Position numbers and translations under genes: made by a program. Of a DNA stretch of 64,000 bases, positions 18,948-29,776 are shown piece by piece (the first letter of the stretch is position 1; every line of letters begins with the position of its first letter). The notes under the pieces are model-generated. The model was not told where the DNA came from. It did not search any database and saw only the letters and a list, made by a program, of their open reading frames with translations. Origin of the DNA: an uncultured Actinomycetota bacterium (GTDB taxonomy: Bacteria; Actinomycetota; Actinomycetes; CAVWCF01); contig CAVOOM010000009.1 in NCBI GenBank assembly GCA_963697565.1, positions 70,304-134,303 of the forward strand, given 5' to 3'.

Positions 18948-19559
18948 GTGGCTCAACAGGAGCACCGTTCGCAGATGCGCGGGCGGATGGATCGCGGCGA
19001 GCTCTACCTCGCGGACGCACCAGATCTGCTCGCCGCGCGGCTGCGGGCCCAGCGGCTGCAGCATGCGTACAACGCCATCGAGCCGGGGGACGCGGTGGCG
19101 CGCTCGGCCCTGCTCGCCGAGCTGCTGGGGGAGGTCGGCGAGGGGGTGGTGGTGCTGCCGTCGTTCCGCTGCGACTACGGCTTCAACATCTCGATCGGGG
19201 CGGGCACCTTCGTGAACTTCGACGCAGTGCTGCTCGACACCTCGCCGATCCGGATCGGCGAGGCCTGCCAGCTGGCCCCGCGCGTGCAGCTGCTCACGGC
19301 CACGCATCCGGTCGACCCGGGCCCGCGCCGCGCGGGTTGGGAGTACGGCGCGCCGATCACGCTCGGCGACAACGTGTGGCTGGGCGGAGGCGTGATCGTG
19401 TGCCCGGGGGTCGCGATCGGCGACGACACGGTGGTCGGGGCGGGGGCCGTGGTCACCCGGGACCTGCCGGCCGGGGTGGTCGCCGTCGGCAACCCGGCGC
19501 GGGTGCTGCGCGCGATCGGCCCGGACGACCGCGTCGAGGTGCCCGGGCCCGGCGAGTAG
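18948..19559 (+). CDS. sugar (maltose/galactoside-type) O-acetyltransferase, left-handed beta-helix
   Basis: ORF 18948..19559. MDRGELYLA is the Maa N-terminal motif. Hexapeptide repeats are IGAGTFVNFDAVLLD...IGEACQLAPRV...LGDNVWLGGGVIVCPGVAIGDDTVVGAGAVV. Confidence 0.8.
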   Translation: MAQQEHRSQMRGRMDRGELYLADAPDLLAARLRAQRLQHAYNAIEPGDAVARSALLAELLGEVGEGVVVLPSFRCDYGFNISIGAGTFVNFDAVLLDTSPIRIGEACQLAPRVQLLTATHPVDPGPRRAGWEYGAPITLGDNVWLGGGVIVCPGVAIGDDTVVGAGAVVTRDLPAGVVAVGNPARVLRAIGPDDRVEVPGPGE

Positions 19560-19625
19560 CCCCGGGGCCGGCCGCCAGCGCTGGTTGACTGGCTGTCGTG
19601 CCGTCACTGACGCCGCGACCCGTGG

Positions 19626-20609
19626 GTGCTCGCCGCCTGCCTGGCGGCGGCCGTGCTCTCGCTCGCCGGCTGCGACCGAGCGGCCGACAGCGGGGAGGGC
19701 GGCACCCCGTCATCGCCGGCATCCTCGACCCCGGGTGACGGACTCGGTGAGGTGCAGTTCGGATCGGTCGTCACCCCGGACGGCCGCGAGCGGACGTACC
19801 GGCTCTACATCGCCGGGACGGCGCGCCCCAACCTGCCAGCGCCTCTGCTGGTGGCGATGCACGGGGGCGGGGGCTCCGGCGAGCAGTTCGAGCGCACCTC
19901 GGGGTTCGATGCCGTGGCCGACCAGCGTGGGTGGCTGGTGGCTTACCCCGACGGTGTGGGCGGCCCAGGGACCGCCAACCGCCTGCGCACCTGGAACGGG
20001 GGACCCGGGTACTGCTGCGGAGCAGCCGAGCGCGACGACGTCGACGACGTGGAGTTCATCCGGCTGCTGGTCCAGCAGATCTCCAGCGAGCGCCCCGTGG
20101 ACCCGCTGCGCACCTACGCCGCCGGGCACTCCAACGGCGGCATCATGGCCTACCGCCTGGCCTGCGAGCTCAGTGACGTGATCGTGGCCGTGGGATTGCA
20201 GGCCGGCAGCCTCGGGGTCGACCCGTGCGCCCCACCGCGGCCGGTCTCGCTGCTGCACCTGCACGGCACGGCCGACCGCAACCACCCCATCGACGGCGGC
20301 GTCGGCCCCAACGGGATCTCGGGCGTGGACTTCAACCCTGCGATCGACGGGGTGCGCACCCTCGCGGCCGCGGACGGCTGCCCGAGCAGCCCTCGCACCG
20401 AGGTGGATGCCGCCAACCCCGACGTCACCCGCGCGATCTGGTCGCCGTGCCTCGACGGCTCCGCGGTCGAGTTCGTCACGGTGGCGGGCGCCTCGCACGC
20501 GTGGATGGGGCGCGAGCCGGAGCGGGCCGCGCTGGTGGGCGAGGCGTACCTCCAGCTGGATGCGAGCGTCGTGATCGGCGACTTCCTGGCGGCGCACCCC
20601 CGCCGCTGA
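19626..20609 (+). CDS. lipoprotein esterase of the PHB-depolymerase/LpqC (CE1) family
   Basis: ORF 19626..20609. Lipobox LSLAGC is present. Family motifs are LLVAMHGGGGSGEQF, LVAYPDG, WNGGPGYCCG, VDDVEFI and the nucleophile elbow GHSNGG. Confidence 0.75.
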   Translation: MLAACLAAAVLSLAGCDRAADSGEGGTPSSPASSTPGDGLGEVQFGSVVTPDGRERTYRLYIAGTARPNLPAPLLVAMHGGGGSGEQFERTSGFDAVADQRGWLVAYPDGVGGPGTANRLRTWNGGPGYCCGAAERDDVDDVEFIRLLVQQISSERPVDPLRTYAAGHSNGGIMAYRLACELSDVIVAVGLQAGSLGVDPCAPPRPVSLLHLHGTADRNHPIDGGVGPNGISGVDFNPAIDGVRTLAAADGCPSSPRTEVDAANPDVTRAIWSPCLDGSAVEFVTVAGASHAWMGREPERAALVGEAYLQLDASVVIGDFLAAHPRR

Positions 20610-20624
20610 TGCCAGGCCGAGAGG

Positions 20625-21181
20625 TCAGGGCCGTCGGGCTTCGTAGCGGAGCCGGGCCATGCCGGCGCCGAGGTCGTCGCACGAGGTCAGGGTGAAGTCG
20701 TGACGGCCGGTGTGCGACCACAGCGGGACGCCCTCGCCGAGCAGCACGGGCACGACGTACAGCCGCAACTCGTCGACGAGGTCGCCGCGGAGGAAGGCGC
20801 CCGCGACCTCGCCGCCGCCGACCAGCCAGATGGCGCCCTCCGCGCGCACCGCGAGGTCGTCGACCAGGGCGCGCAGGTCGCGGCCGTCGTTCGCGAACAC
20901 CCCGGCGGGGGCGTCGCCCAGCGGACGCCTGGTGACGACTGCGGTCGGCTTGCCTTCGTACGGCCAGCCCCAGCCGAGGACCTGGTCGTACGTCCGGCGG
21001 CCCATGACCAGCGAGCCGACCTCGGCGAGGAACTGCTCGTAGTCGGACTCCGCTCCCGCACGGCGTCGAGGAAGCCGACCCCGCCGTCGGCCTCGGCGAT
21101 GTACCCGTCCAGCGACAGCGCGACGTAGAGGACCACCCGGGTTGGCGCGCTGATGGATCCGGGCTCCGGGGTCGGGGTCAT
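20625..21181 (-). pseudogene. dihydrofolate reductase family (RibD C-terminal domain) protein; 1-nt deletion-type frameshift near 21052 as sequenced
   Basis: The N-terminus MTPTPEPGSISAPTRVVLYVALSLDGYIAEADGGVGFLDAV lies in the frame of ORF 20687..22015. It joins ESDYEQFLAEVGSLVMGRRTYDQV...IWLVGGGEVAGAFL (ORF 20625..21005). The ATG overlaps the upstream stop (ATGA). Confidence 0.75.
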
Positions 21182-21751
21182 CCGCCGGGCCGCCAGGTCA
21201 TCGACTCCACCAAGGCCCTGAAGGCGGCCGAATCCGCAGCCACGTTCCCGTCCGGGGTGAACGAGGTGACGATCACTCCTTGCCCCTGCGCGGTGGCCAC
21301 GGCCTTCAGGACGAGCGTCGGCCCGAAGACCCCCTCCGGGCAGTGGATCTCCAGCAGCCGCGCGGGCTGGCCGTCGAGGGCCACCTCGGACGTGGCCGCG
21401 GGAGGCGGGCAGCCGCGGTTGGCGGTGAGCCAGGCGGCGTGGGCGTCGGCGAAGGCTTGGACGTCCAGCGGGGTCGGCTGCCCGAGGATGAACAAATCCT
21501 GCGGGCCCGGCGGATAGAGCCGATCGGCGTACGCGGCCGTGTGGTCGATGTCGCCGCCATCCCAGCGCTCGGTCGCGCCTGCTGAGTTCCAGCCCGGCGG
21601 GAGCGGGAGGGAGATGCCGTACTGGGTCGAGGCGAAGAGGCTGGCAGACGGGCTGGGCTGCCGCATCGGCGCCGCTGTCGGAGCCCGTGCACGCGGTGGC
21701 GCCAGCGGCCAAGGCCGCGGCCATCGCCGCGGCAGCGAGCGCACGGATCAT
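21178..21751 (-). pseudogene. putative lipoprotein, function unknown; +1 frameshift near 21652 as sequenced
   Basis: MIRALAAAAMAAALAAGATACTGSDSGADAAAQP (signal plus Cys, in the frame of ORF 20687..22015) joins SASLFASTQYGISLPLPPGWNSAG... (ORF 21178..21744). Confidence 0.55.
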
Positions 21752-21871
21752 GCGCGGGACGCTAGCAGCGGCCTCGGCTCGCCCAACAGCCTTCGGGGGG
21801 CAGGCCGAATAGCATGCCGGGGGAAGCGCGGGGAACCGGAGGAAGGGCCGTCCCGATGACCGTCCCCCACG

Positions 21872-21945
21872 CCCCCTGTAGCTCAGGTGGAGAGAGCGGC
21901 GGACTTCTAATCCGCGGGTCGCAGGTTCGAGTCCTGCCAGGGGGA
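21872..21945 (+). tRNA. tRNA-Arg (anticodon TCT), CCA not encoded
   Basis: Hand fold: CCCCCTG-TA-GCTC-AGGTGGAGA-GAGC-G-GCGGA-CTTCTAA-TCCGC-GGGTC-GCAGG-TTCGAGT-CCTGC-CAGGGGG-A. Confidence 0.85.
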
Positions 21946-22013
21946 CCGTGCGCCAAGGACCGTCGCGAGGTCGGCCGGGGCGCGTCCGCCCTGCTGGGTG
22001 CGACGATGGGTCC

Positions 22014-22361
22014 ATGACGTCCGGTCACGAGCCCCTAGGCAGCCTCCTCGCGGTCAAGCAAGCCGAGCTTGAGGCCGAGCTCGCGGGGTTGGAGTCAGCG
22101 TCTGAGCCCACCGAGATCTCGGGTTCGATCGCCTTCGGCAAGCGGGTGGGCGACGGCACCAGCATCGCCGTCGAGCGGCTCAGCCAGGTGGCGGCCCACG
22201 ACCGTCTCCAGCAGACGCTTTCGGACGTCAAGCGGGCCCGGGCCAAGCTGGATCAGCAGACCTACGGATTCTGTGACCGCTGCTACGAGCCCATCCCCGC
22301 GGCCCGGCTTGAGGCGCTCCCGTGGGCGGTTCGCTGCGTCGCCTGCGCCGCCCTTGACTGA
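22014..22361 (+). CDS. DksA/TraR-family C4 zinc-finger protein
   Basis: Internal ATG of ORF 21948..22361. A coiled-coil N-terminus is followed by GFCDRCYEPIPAARLEALPWAVRCVACA. Confidence 0.75.
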   Translation: MTSGHEPLGSLLAVKQAELEAELAGLESASEPTEISGSIAFGKRVGDGTSIAVERLSQVAAHDRLQQTLSDVKRARAKLDQQTYGFCDRCYEPIPAARLEALPWAVRCVACAALD

Positions 22362-22455
22362 CGGTCCGCGGTGAACCCGATCCGGCCATTCGCCGCCACG
22401 CGCGGGGCGGCAGCGGGCAGAGTGTGACTAGTGACCGCTCGGGGACGGAGGAGCC

Positions 22456-22914
22456 ATGACGGACCAGACTGCCGCCGAACAGATCGACAGGGTTCGACGC
22501 CGGCGCGCCGAGCTGCGGGAGTCGATCGGCGACATGGAGTTGGCGCTGGCCGAGGCCGTCCATGGGCGGGAGGCCGAGTGGACGGTGCTCGTGCGCGAGC
22601 GCTGTGCGCACCTTGAGGACGACTTCGCCATCCACCTCGAGGTCGCCGAGGCCCCCACAGGCTTGCACGCCCAGGTGCTTGCCGATGCCCCGTACCTCGC
22701 GCCGCAGGTGAACCGGCTGCAGCGCGACCACGCCGGCATCTCGAAGCAGTTCACCGAGGTGCACGGGCTGCTGGACCCCCCGGAGGGCGACGTCGACGTG
22801 GACGCCGTGCGGCTGTGCCTGACCGATTTGATCGGGCTGCTGGTGCGGCACCGCCAGCGGGGGGCCGACCTGCTGTGGGACGCGTACGCGACCAGCCTCG
22901 GCGGCGAGACCTGA
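22456..22914 (+). CDS. hypothetical helical protein (His/Glu-rich spacing, family not recognised)
   Basis: ORF 22456..22914 has good GC3 and is preceded by GGAGGAG. I recognise no motif with confidence. Confidence 0.6.
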   Translation: MTDQTAAEQIDRVRRRRAELRESIGDMELALAEAVHGREAEWTVLVRERCAHLEDDFAIHLEVAEAPTGLHAQVLADAPYLAPQVNRLQRDHAGISKQFTEVHGLLDPPEGDVDVDAVRLCLTDLIGLLVRHRQRGADLLWDAYATSLGGET

Positions 22915-23009
22915 CCCACCCGGGCCGCAGTCCGCTCAGGACCTCCCCACGCGGGCGCCCAGACCGGTACGTTCGCTGAGTCCGGACCCCTGGGTGAGGA
23001 AGTGGCGCG

Positions 23010-23847
23010 ATGTCGGTTGTGCGGGCAGCACTCGTCCAGACCCCCTGGACGGGCGACAAGGAGTCGATGATCGCGCGGCACGAGGAGTACGCCCGCGAGG
23101 CCGCCGCCGCGGGAGCCCAGGTCATGTGCTTCCAGGAGCTCTTCTACGGGCCCTACTTCTGCCAAGTGCAGGACGCCGCGTACTACGACTACGCCGAGTC
23201 GATCCCCGGCCCGACCACCGAGCGCTTCCAGGCGCTGGCCGCCGAGCTCGGCCTGGTCCTCGTGCTGCCGATGTACGAGCGCGAGCAGGAGGGCTTCCTC
23301 TACAACACCGCCGCCGTCGTCGACGCGGACGGCTCGTACCTCGGCAAGTACCGCAAGCACCACATCCCGCAGGTCAAGGGGTTCTGGGAGAAGTTCTACT
23401 TCCGCCCCGGCAACGGCGGCTTTCCGGTGTTCGACACCGCGGTCGGGCGGGTGGGGGTCTACATCTGCTACGACCGGCACTTCCCCGAGGGATGGCGCGC
23501 CCTCGGCCTCAATGGCGCGCAGATCGTGTTCAACCCGTCTGCGACGTCGCGCGGCCTGTCGTCGTACCTGTGGAAGTTGGAGCAGCCGGCCTCGGCGGTG
23601 GCCAACGAGTACTTCATCGGCGCCATCAACCGGGTCGGGGTCGAGGAGTTGGGCGACAACGACTTCTACGGCACCACGTACTTCGTCGACCCCGAGGGCG
23701 CCTTCGTCGGCGACGTCGCCAGCGACCGCGACGCCGAGCTGATCGTCCGCGACCTCGACATGGACAAGCTCACCGAGGTACGCAATCGGTGGGCCTTCTA
23801 CCGAGACCGCACGGCCGGACGCCTACGACGACCTGGTCCGGCCGTGA
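23010..23847 (+). pseudogene. beta-ureidopropionase-like carbon-nitrogen hydrolase (nitrilase superfamily); +1 frameshift near 23811 alters only the last ~12 codons as sequenced
   Basis: ORF 23010..23873. Motifs are CFQELFYGPYF, GKYRKHHIP and the catalytic Cys in VYICYDRHFPE. After WAFYRDR the shifted frame gives RPDAYDDLVRP and a TGA at 23845. Confidence 0.8.
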
Positions 23848-23869
23848 GCACGCGAAAGGGGTGTCAATC

Positions 23870-25288
23870 GTGACCGTGCTGATCTCCGGCGGCACCGTCA
23901 TCAGCCCGACCGGATCGTCGGCCATGGACGTGCTCATCGACGGCGAGCGGATCGCCGCGCTGCTCGAGCCGGGCTCGACCCGGTTGGGCAGCGACCTCGC
24001 CGCGACCGCCGAGCGGGTCATCGACGCCACCGGCAAGTACGTGATCCCGGGCGGCGTCGACTGCCACACGCACATGGAGCTGCCGTTCGGCGGCACGTAC
24101 GCCTCGGACACGTTCGAGACCGGCACCCGGGCGGCGGCGTGGGGCGGCACCACGACGATCGTCGACTTCGCCGTGCAGCGCACAGGTGAGCGCGTGCAGG
24201 ACGGGCTCGCGGCTTGGCACGCCAAGGCCGAGGGGCAGTGCGCCATCGACTACGGCTTCCACCAGATCATCGGCGGCGTCGACGACGACGCGCTCAAGGC
24301 CATGGACGAGCTGGTGGCCGAGGGCATCACCTCGTTCAAGCTGTTCATGGCCTACCCCGGAGTCCTCTACAGCGATGACGGCCAGATCCTGCGGGCCATG
24401 CAGACCGCCGCCGCCAACGGCGCGATGGTGATGATGCACGCCGAGAACGGCATCGCGATCGACGTGCTGGTGCACCAGGCGCTCTCCCGCGGGGAGACCG
24501 CCCCGGTCAACCACGGGCTGACCCGGCCGTGGGAGACCGAGGAGGAGGCGGTGCACCGCGCGATCATGCTGGCGCGGCTGACCGGGGCCCCGCTCTACAT
24601 CGTGCACATGTCGGCCAAGCAGGGGGTGGCCACGCTGCAGGCGCACCGCGACCAGGGCCTCAACGTGTTCGGCGAGACGTGCCCGCAGTACCTCTACCTC
24701 TCGTTGGAGGAGCACCTGGCCGCCCCCGGCTTCGAGGGGGCGAAGTGGGTCTGCTCGACGCCTGTGCGGGCGGCGGCTGAGGGCCACCAGGACGAGTTGT
24801 GGAAGTACCTGCGCACCAACGACCTGTCGGTCGTCAGCACCGACCACTGCCCGTTCTGCATGAAGGAGCAGAAGGAGCTCGGGGTCGGCGACTTCTCGAA
24901 GATCCCCAACGGCATCGGGTCGGTGGAGCACCGCATGGACCTGCTCTTCCAGGGCGTGGTCGATGGGCGCATCTCCAAGGAGCGCTGGGTCGAGCTGTGC
25001 TCGACGACCCCGGCCCGGATGTTCGGCCTGTACGGGCGCAAGGGCGTCATCGCGCCGGGAGCCGACGCCGACGTCGTGGTCTACGACCCCAACGGCCACA
25101 CCAGCATCGGCTACGGCAAGACGCACCACATGAACATGGACCACTCCGCGTGGGAGGGCTTCGAGATCGACGGCCACGTCGACACCGTGCTGTCCCGGGG
25201 TGCGGTGGTGATCGACCAGGGCGAGTATCACGGCAGCAAGGGACATGGCCGCTACCTGAAGCGCGGCTTGTCGCAGTACCTCCAGTAG
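23870..25288 (+). CDS. dihydropyrimidinase / D-hydantoinase
   Basis: GTG at 23870 lies inside ORF 22994..25288. Motifs are VIPGGVDCHTHMELPFGG, the carbamylated Lys region SFKLFMAY, MMHAENG, LYIVHMS and VSTDHCPF. Confidence 0.85.
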   Translation: MTVLISGGTVISPTGSSAMDVLIDGERIAALLEPGSTRLGSDLAATAERVIDATGKYVIPGGVDCHTHMELPFGGTYASDTFETGTRAAAWGGTTTIVDFAVQRTGERVQDGLAAWHAKAEGQCAIDYGFHQIIGGVDDDALKAMDELVAEGITSFKLFMAYPGVLYSDDGQILRAMQTAAANGAMVMMHAENGIAIDVLVHQALSRGETAPVNHGLTRPWETEEEAVHRAIMLARLTGAPLYIVHMSAKQGVATLQAHRDQGLNVFGETCPQYLYLSLEEHLAAPGFEGAKWVCSTPVRAAAEGHQDELWKYLRTNDLSVVSTDHCPFCMKEQKELGVGDFSKIPNGIGSVEHRMDLLFQGVVDGRISKERWVELCSTTPARMFGLYGRKGVIAPGADADVVVYDPNGHTSIGYGKTHHMNMDHSAWEGFEIDGHVDTVLSRGAVVIDQGEYHGSKGHGRYLKRGLSQYLQ

Positions 25289-25346
25289 GGGAGGCGCCGG
25301 GCCTGTTGGCGGGACCGGCCTCCCGCGACCGGAAGGAGACCGGCGC

Positions 25347-26363
25347 ATGCAGCTCGGCGTCGTCCTGCAGTGCAACCCGCCCGCGTCGCGCGTCGTCGAC
25401 CTGGCGCGCCAGGCCGAGAACCTCGGCTTCGACTACGTGTGGACGTTCGACTCCCACCTGCTGTGGGAGGAGCCCTTCGTCATCTACAGCCAGATCCTGG
25501 CCGAGACCCGCAAGGTCACGGTCGGCCCGATGGTCACCAACCCGGCCACCAGGGACTGGACCGTCACGGCCTCGCTCTTCGCGACGCTGAACGAGATGTA
25601 CGGCAACCGCACGGTCTGCGGGATCGGGCGCGGCGACTCGGCGGTGCGCGTCCTCAACGGCAAGCCCACGACGCTGGCGACGCTGCGCGACAGCATCCAC
25701 GTCATCCGCGAGCTCGCCAACGGGCGCGAGGTCGAGCACCAGGGGTCGACCCTGCGCTTCCCGTGGGGCGGCGAGTCCCGCCTTCCCGTGTGGGTCGCGG
25801 CGTACGGGCCGAAGGCGCTGGCCCTCGCCGGCGAGGTCGGGGACGGCTTCATCCTGCAGCTGGCCGACCCCTCGATCGCCGCCTGGACGATCAAGGCGGT
25901 CCGGGAGTCGGCCGAGCGCGCCGGCCGCGATCCGGACGCGATCACGATCTGCGTCGCGGCCCCGGCGTACGTCGGGGACGACCTGGCCCACATGCGCGAC
26001 CAGTGCCGGTGGTTCGGCGGGATGGTCGGCAACCACGTGGCCGACCTCGTGGCCCGCTACGGGGACGACGGGTCGGTGCCGAGCGCGTTGACCGACTACA
26101 TCAAGGGCCGCACGGGGTACGACTACAACGAGCACGGACGCGCCGGCAACACCCACACCGACTTCGTCCCGGACGAGATCGTCGACCGCTTCTGCATCCT
26201 GGGGACCCCGGCGGACCACATCGAGCGGCTCGAGGAGCTCAAGGCGCTCGGCGTCGACCAGTTCGCCGTCTACCTCCAGCACGACGGCAAGGCGCAGACG
26301 CTTGAGGCGTACGGGGAGACCGTGATCCCCGCGGTGCGGGAGCAGGTCGCCGCCAAGTCCTGA
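25347..26363 (+). CDS. luciferase-like monooxygenase (LLM) class oxidoreductase, probably F420-dependent
   Basis: ORF 25347..26363. The sequence MQLGVVLQCNPPA...LGFDYVWTFDSHLLWEEPF...VGPMVTNPATRDW...GIGRGDSAVR resembles the mer/LLM F420 family, which from memory is TIGR03842-like. Confidence 0.7.
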   Translation: MQLGVVLQCNPPASRVVDLARQAENLGFDYVWTFDSHLLWEEPFVIYSQILAETRKVTVGPMVTNPATRDWTVTASLFATLNEMYGNRTVCGIGRGDSAVRVLNGKPTTLATLRDSIHVIRELANGREVEHQGSTLRFPWGGESRLPVWVAAYGPKALALAGEVGDGFILQLADPSIAAWTIKAVRESAERAGRDPDAITICVAAPAYVGDDLAHMRDQCRWFGGMVGNHVADLVARYGDDGSVPSALTDYIKGRTGYDYNEHGRAGNTHTDFVPDEIVDRFCILGTPADHIERLEELKALGVDQFAVYLQHDGKAQTLEAYGETVIPAVREQVAAKS

Positions 26364-26444
26364 TCGCGCCGCCCGCGGGTAACCGTCATCGGTCCGTACG
26401 ATGGTTAGACCGCCGGGTGGGCGGGCGCGCGACGAGGGGGACCC

Positions 26445-27047
26445 ATGGGCGAGCCGCGGTCGATGCGCGTCGGCGGCCGGCTGTCGCTGGACTTCCTCAA
26501 CACGGTCCACCCGCGCCACGGGCCGGACCCGGTTGAGGGACTGCGCGACTATGCGGCGGTCCTCGACTGGGCGGCCGAGGGCGGGGTGGCCGTGCCCTCG
26601 GGGGTGCCCGCCCTGCGGCGGATGGCCGCGGCGGAGCCGTTGGCGGCGGCGTTGGCGCATGCGCAGGTGCTGGCGTTCCGTGAGTCCCTGCACGGGGTCT
26701 TCGTGGCCTCGATGGGGGGCCTGCGGGTCGCCGCCGCGGGGCTGGCGAGCGTCAACGCGGTGCTGCGCGACGCGACCGACCACCACGTGCTCGTCGCGGG
26801 CCGAGGCGGCGGGGTGCGCGATGGCTGGGCGGAGTCCGACGACCTCGCGCAGGTGCTGTGGCCCCTCGCGATCGACGCGTGGGACGTGCTCACCGAGGTG
26901 GCGCTGGACCGGGTGCGCGAGTGCCCGGGCGGCGGCGGCTGCGGGCGGCTCTTCCTTGACACCTCGCGGTCGGGGACGCGCCGGTGGTGCGACATGCGCA
27001 CCTGCGGCAACCGGGCCAAGGCCCGCGCCCACTACGCCCGCGGGTAG
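26445..27047 (+). CDS. CGNR zinc-finger (ABATE domain) protein
   Basis: ORF 26445..27047. The N-terminus LSLDFLNT and the C-terminus CGRLFLDTSRSGTRRWCDMRTCGNRAKARAHY are family motifs. Confidence 0.8.
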   Translation: MGEPRSMRVGGRLSLDFLNTVHPRHGPDPVEGLRDYAAVLDWAAEGGVAVPSGVPALRRMAAAEPLAAALAHAQVLAFRESLHGVFVASMGGLRVAAAGLASVNAVLRDATDHHVLVAGRGGGVRDGWAESDDLAQVLWPLAIDAWDVLTEVALDRVRECPGGGGCGRLFLDTSRSGTRRWCDMRTCGNRAKARAHYARG

Positions 27048-27191
27048 CCCGCGCACGGCGGCCGTCCACAGCGCCGCGAGGCGCCGCCCTCGTCCCCAGA
27101 TCGCCGCGCGGGCCTGTTGGCCGACGGCGGGGCCAGGCGAGGGTGGGCGCAGCCGGCGGATGGCCCGCCGCACCGTTTCGTGGGAGTTGCC

Positions 27192-27653
27192 GTGAACGAG
27201 ACCCCTGTCACCGTGGTGGGCAATGTCGCCACCGAGCTCCGCCCCGGCTCAAGCGCCTCCGGCGCCGATATGGCGACGTTTCGGATCGCCTCGACGGCCC
27301 GCCGATTCGACCGCTCGGCCGGGTGCTGGGTCGACGCCCACACCAACTACGCGACCGTGGTCTGCTGGCGCGGCCTGGCGCGGCACGTGCTGGCCAGCCT
27401 GCACAAGGGCCAGCCGGTGGTCGTGACCGGCAAGCTGCACCTGAAGTCGTGGGAGAAGGACGGCAAGTCCGGGCTCACCGCGGAGATCGAGGCCGTCGCC
27501 GTCGGGCACGACCTGTCCCGCGGCACCAGCGTCTTCACCAAGTGGCAGCGGGAGTCAGCGCCTAGCGACGAGCGTCCGCTCGCGGACGCCCTGGCGGCCG
27601 GACCGGAGTCCGCCGCCCCGGCGCCGCCCCTCCCCGACGCGGCGGCGGCCTGA
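27192..27653 (+). CDS. ssb: single-stranded DNA-binding protein paralog lacking the acidic C-terminal tip
   Basis: GTG at 27192 lies inside ORF 27117..27653. OB-fold motifs are VTVVGNVATELR...ATFRIAST...WRGLARHVLASLHKGQPVVVTGKL. The tail ends PPLPDAAAA rather than D-D-D-I-P-F. Confidence 0.75.
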   Translation: MNETPVTVVGNVATELRPGSSASGADMATFRIASTARRFDRSAGCWVDAHTNYATVVCWRGLARHVLASLHKGQPVVVTGKLHLKSWEKDGKSGLTAEIEAVAVGHDLSRGTSVFTKWQRESAPSDERPLADALAAGPESAAPAPPLPDAAAA

Positions 27654-27681
27654 CCTCCGCGCGGCCCGTACCCTTGCGCCC

Positions 27682-29352
<1,671 letters not shown>

Positions 29353-29362
29353 CCGGCGCCTG

Positions 29363-29776
29363 ATGGCCCGCCACCGCTACGACGCGGCGCTGCGGTGGTC
29401 GGATATCGACGCCCTCGGCCACGTCAACAACGTCGCCTACCTCTCGCTGCTGCAGGAGGCGCGCGTCGGCCTCTACGCCGCCCGGCTCGGCACGATCGAC
29501 TGGCAGGAGACCGGGGCGGTGGTGGCCCGCCACGAGATCGAGTACGCCACGCCGCTCACCTTCCGCGCCGAGCCGGTGCCGATCGACCTGTGGGTGACCC
29601 GGGTCGGCACCACGTCGTACACGCTGGCCTACGAGATCCGCGACGACGCCGCCGTCTACGCCAGGGCCTCGACCGTCATGGTCAAGTGGGACCTGGTGGC
29701 CGGGCGGCCCAAGCCCCTCGACGACGAGGAGCGGCTGGTCCTGGAGTCGCTGCGCGACGAGGTCGCGCCGGAGTGA
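29363..29776 (+). CDS. acyl-CoA thioesterase (4HBT/YbgC hotdog fold)
   Basis: ORF 29363..29776. The N-terminal motif is RWSDIDALGHVNNVAYLSLLQEAR. Confidence 0.75.
   Translation: MARHRYDAALRWSDIDALGHVNNVAYLSLLQEARVGLYAARLGTIDWQETGAVVARHEIEYATPLTFRAEPVPIDLWVTRVGTTSYTLAYEIRDDAAVYARASTVMVKWDLVAGRPKPLDDEERLVLESLRDEVAPE

Noticed and set aside
2672-21945. A genomic island bounded by tRNA genes (Lys at 2672, His at 13113, Arg at 21872).
   Set aside because: There is no integrase, recombinase, transposase or direct repeat of a tRNA 3' end. I see no obvious compositional break. The gene content is ordinary core metabolism.
26380-26415. The bulged inverted repeat TAACC(GTC)ATCG-N7-CGATGGTTA upstream of the CGNR gene.
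   Set aside because: The stem is short and imperfect, with no supporting context and no T-tract. It is too weak to call as an operator or terminator.
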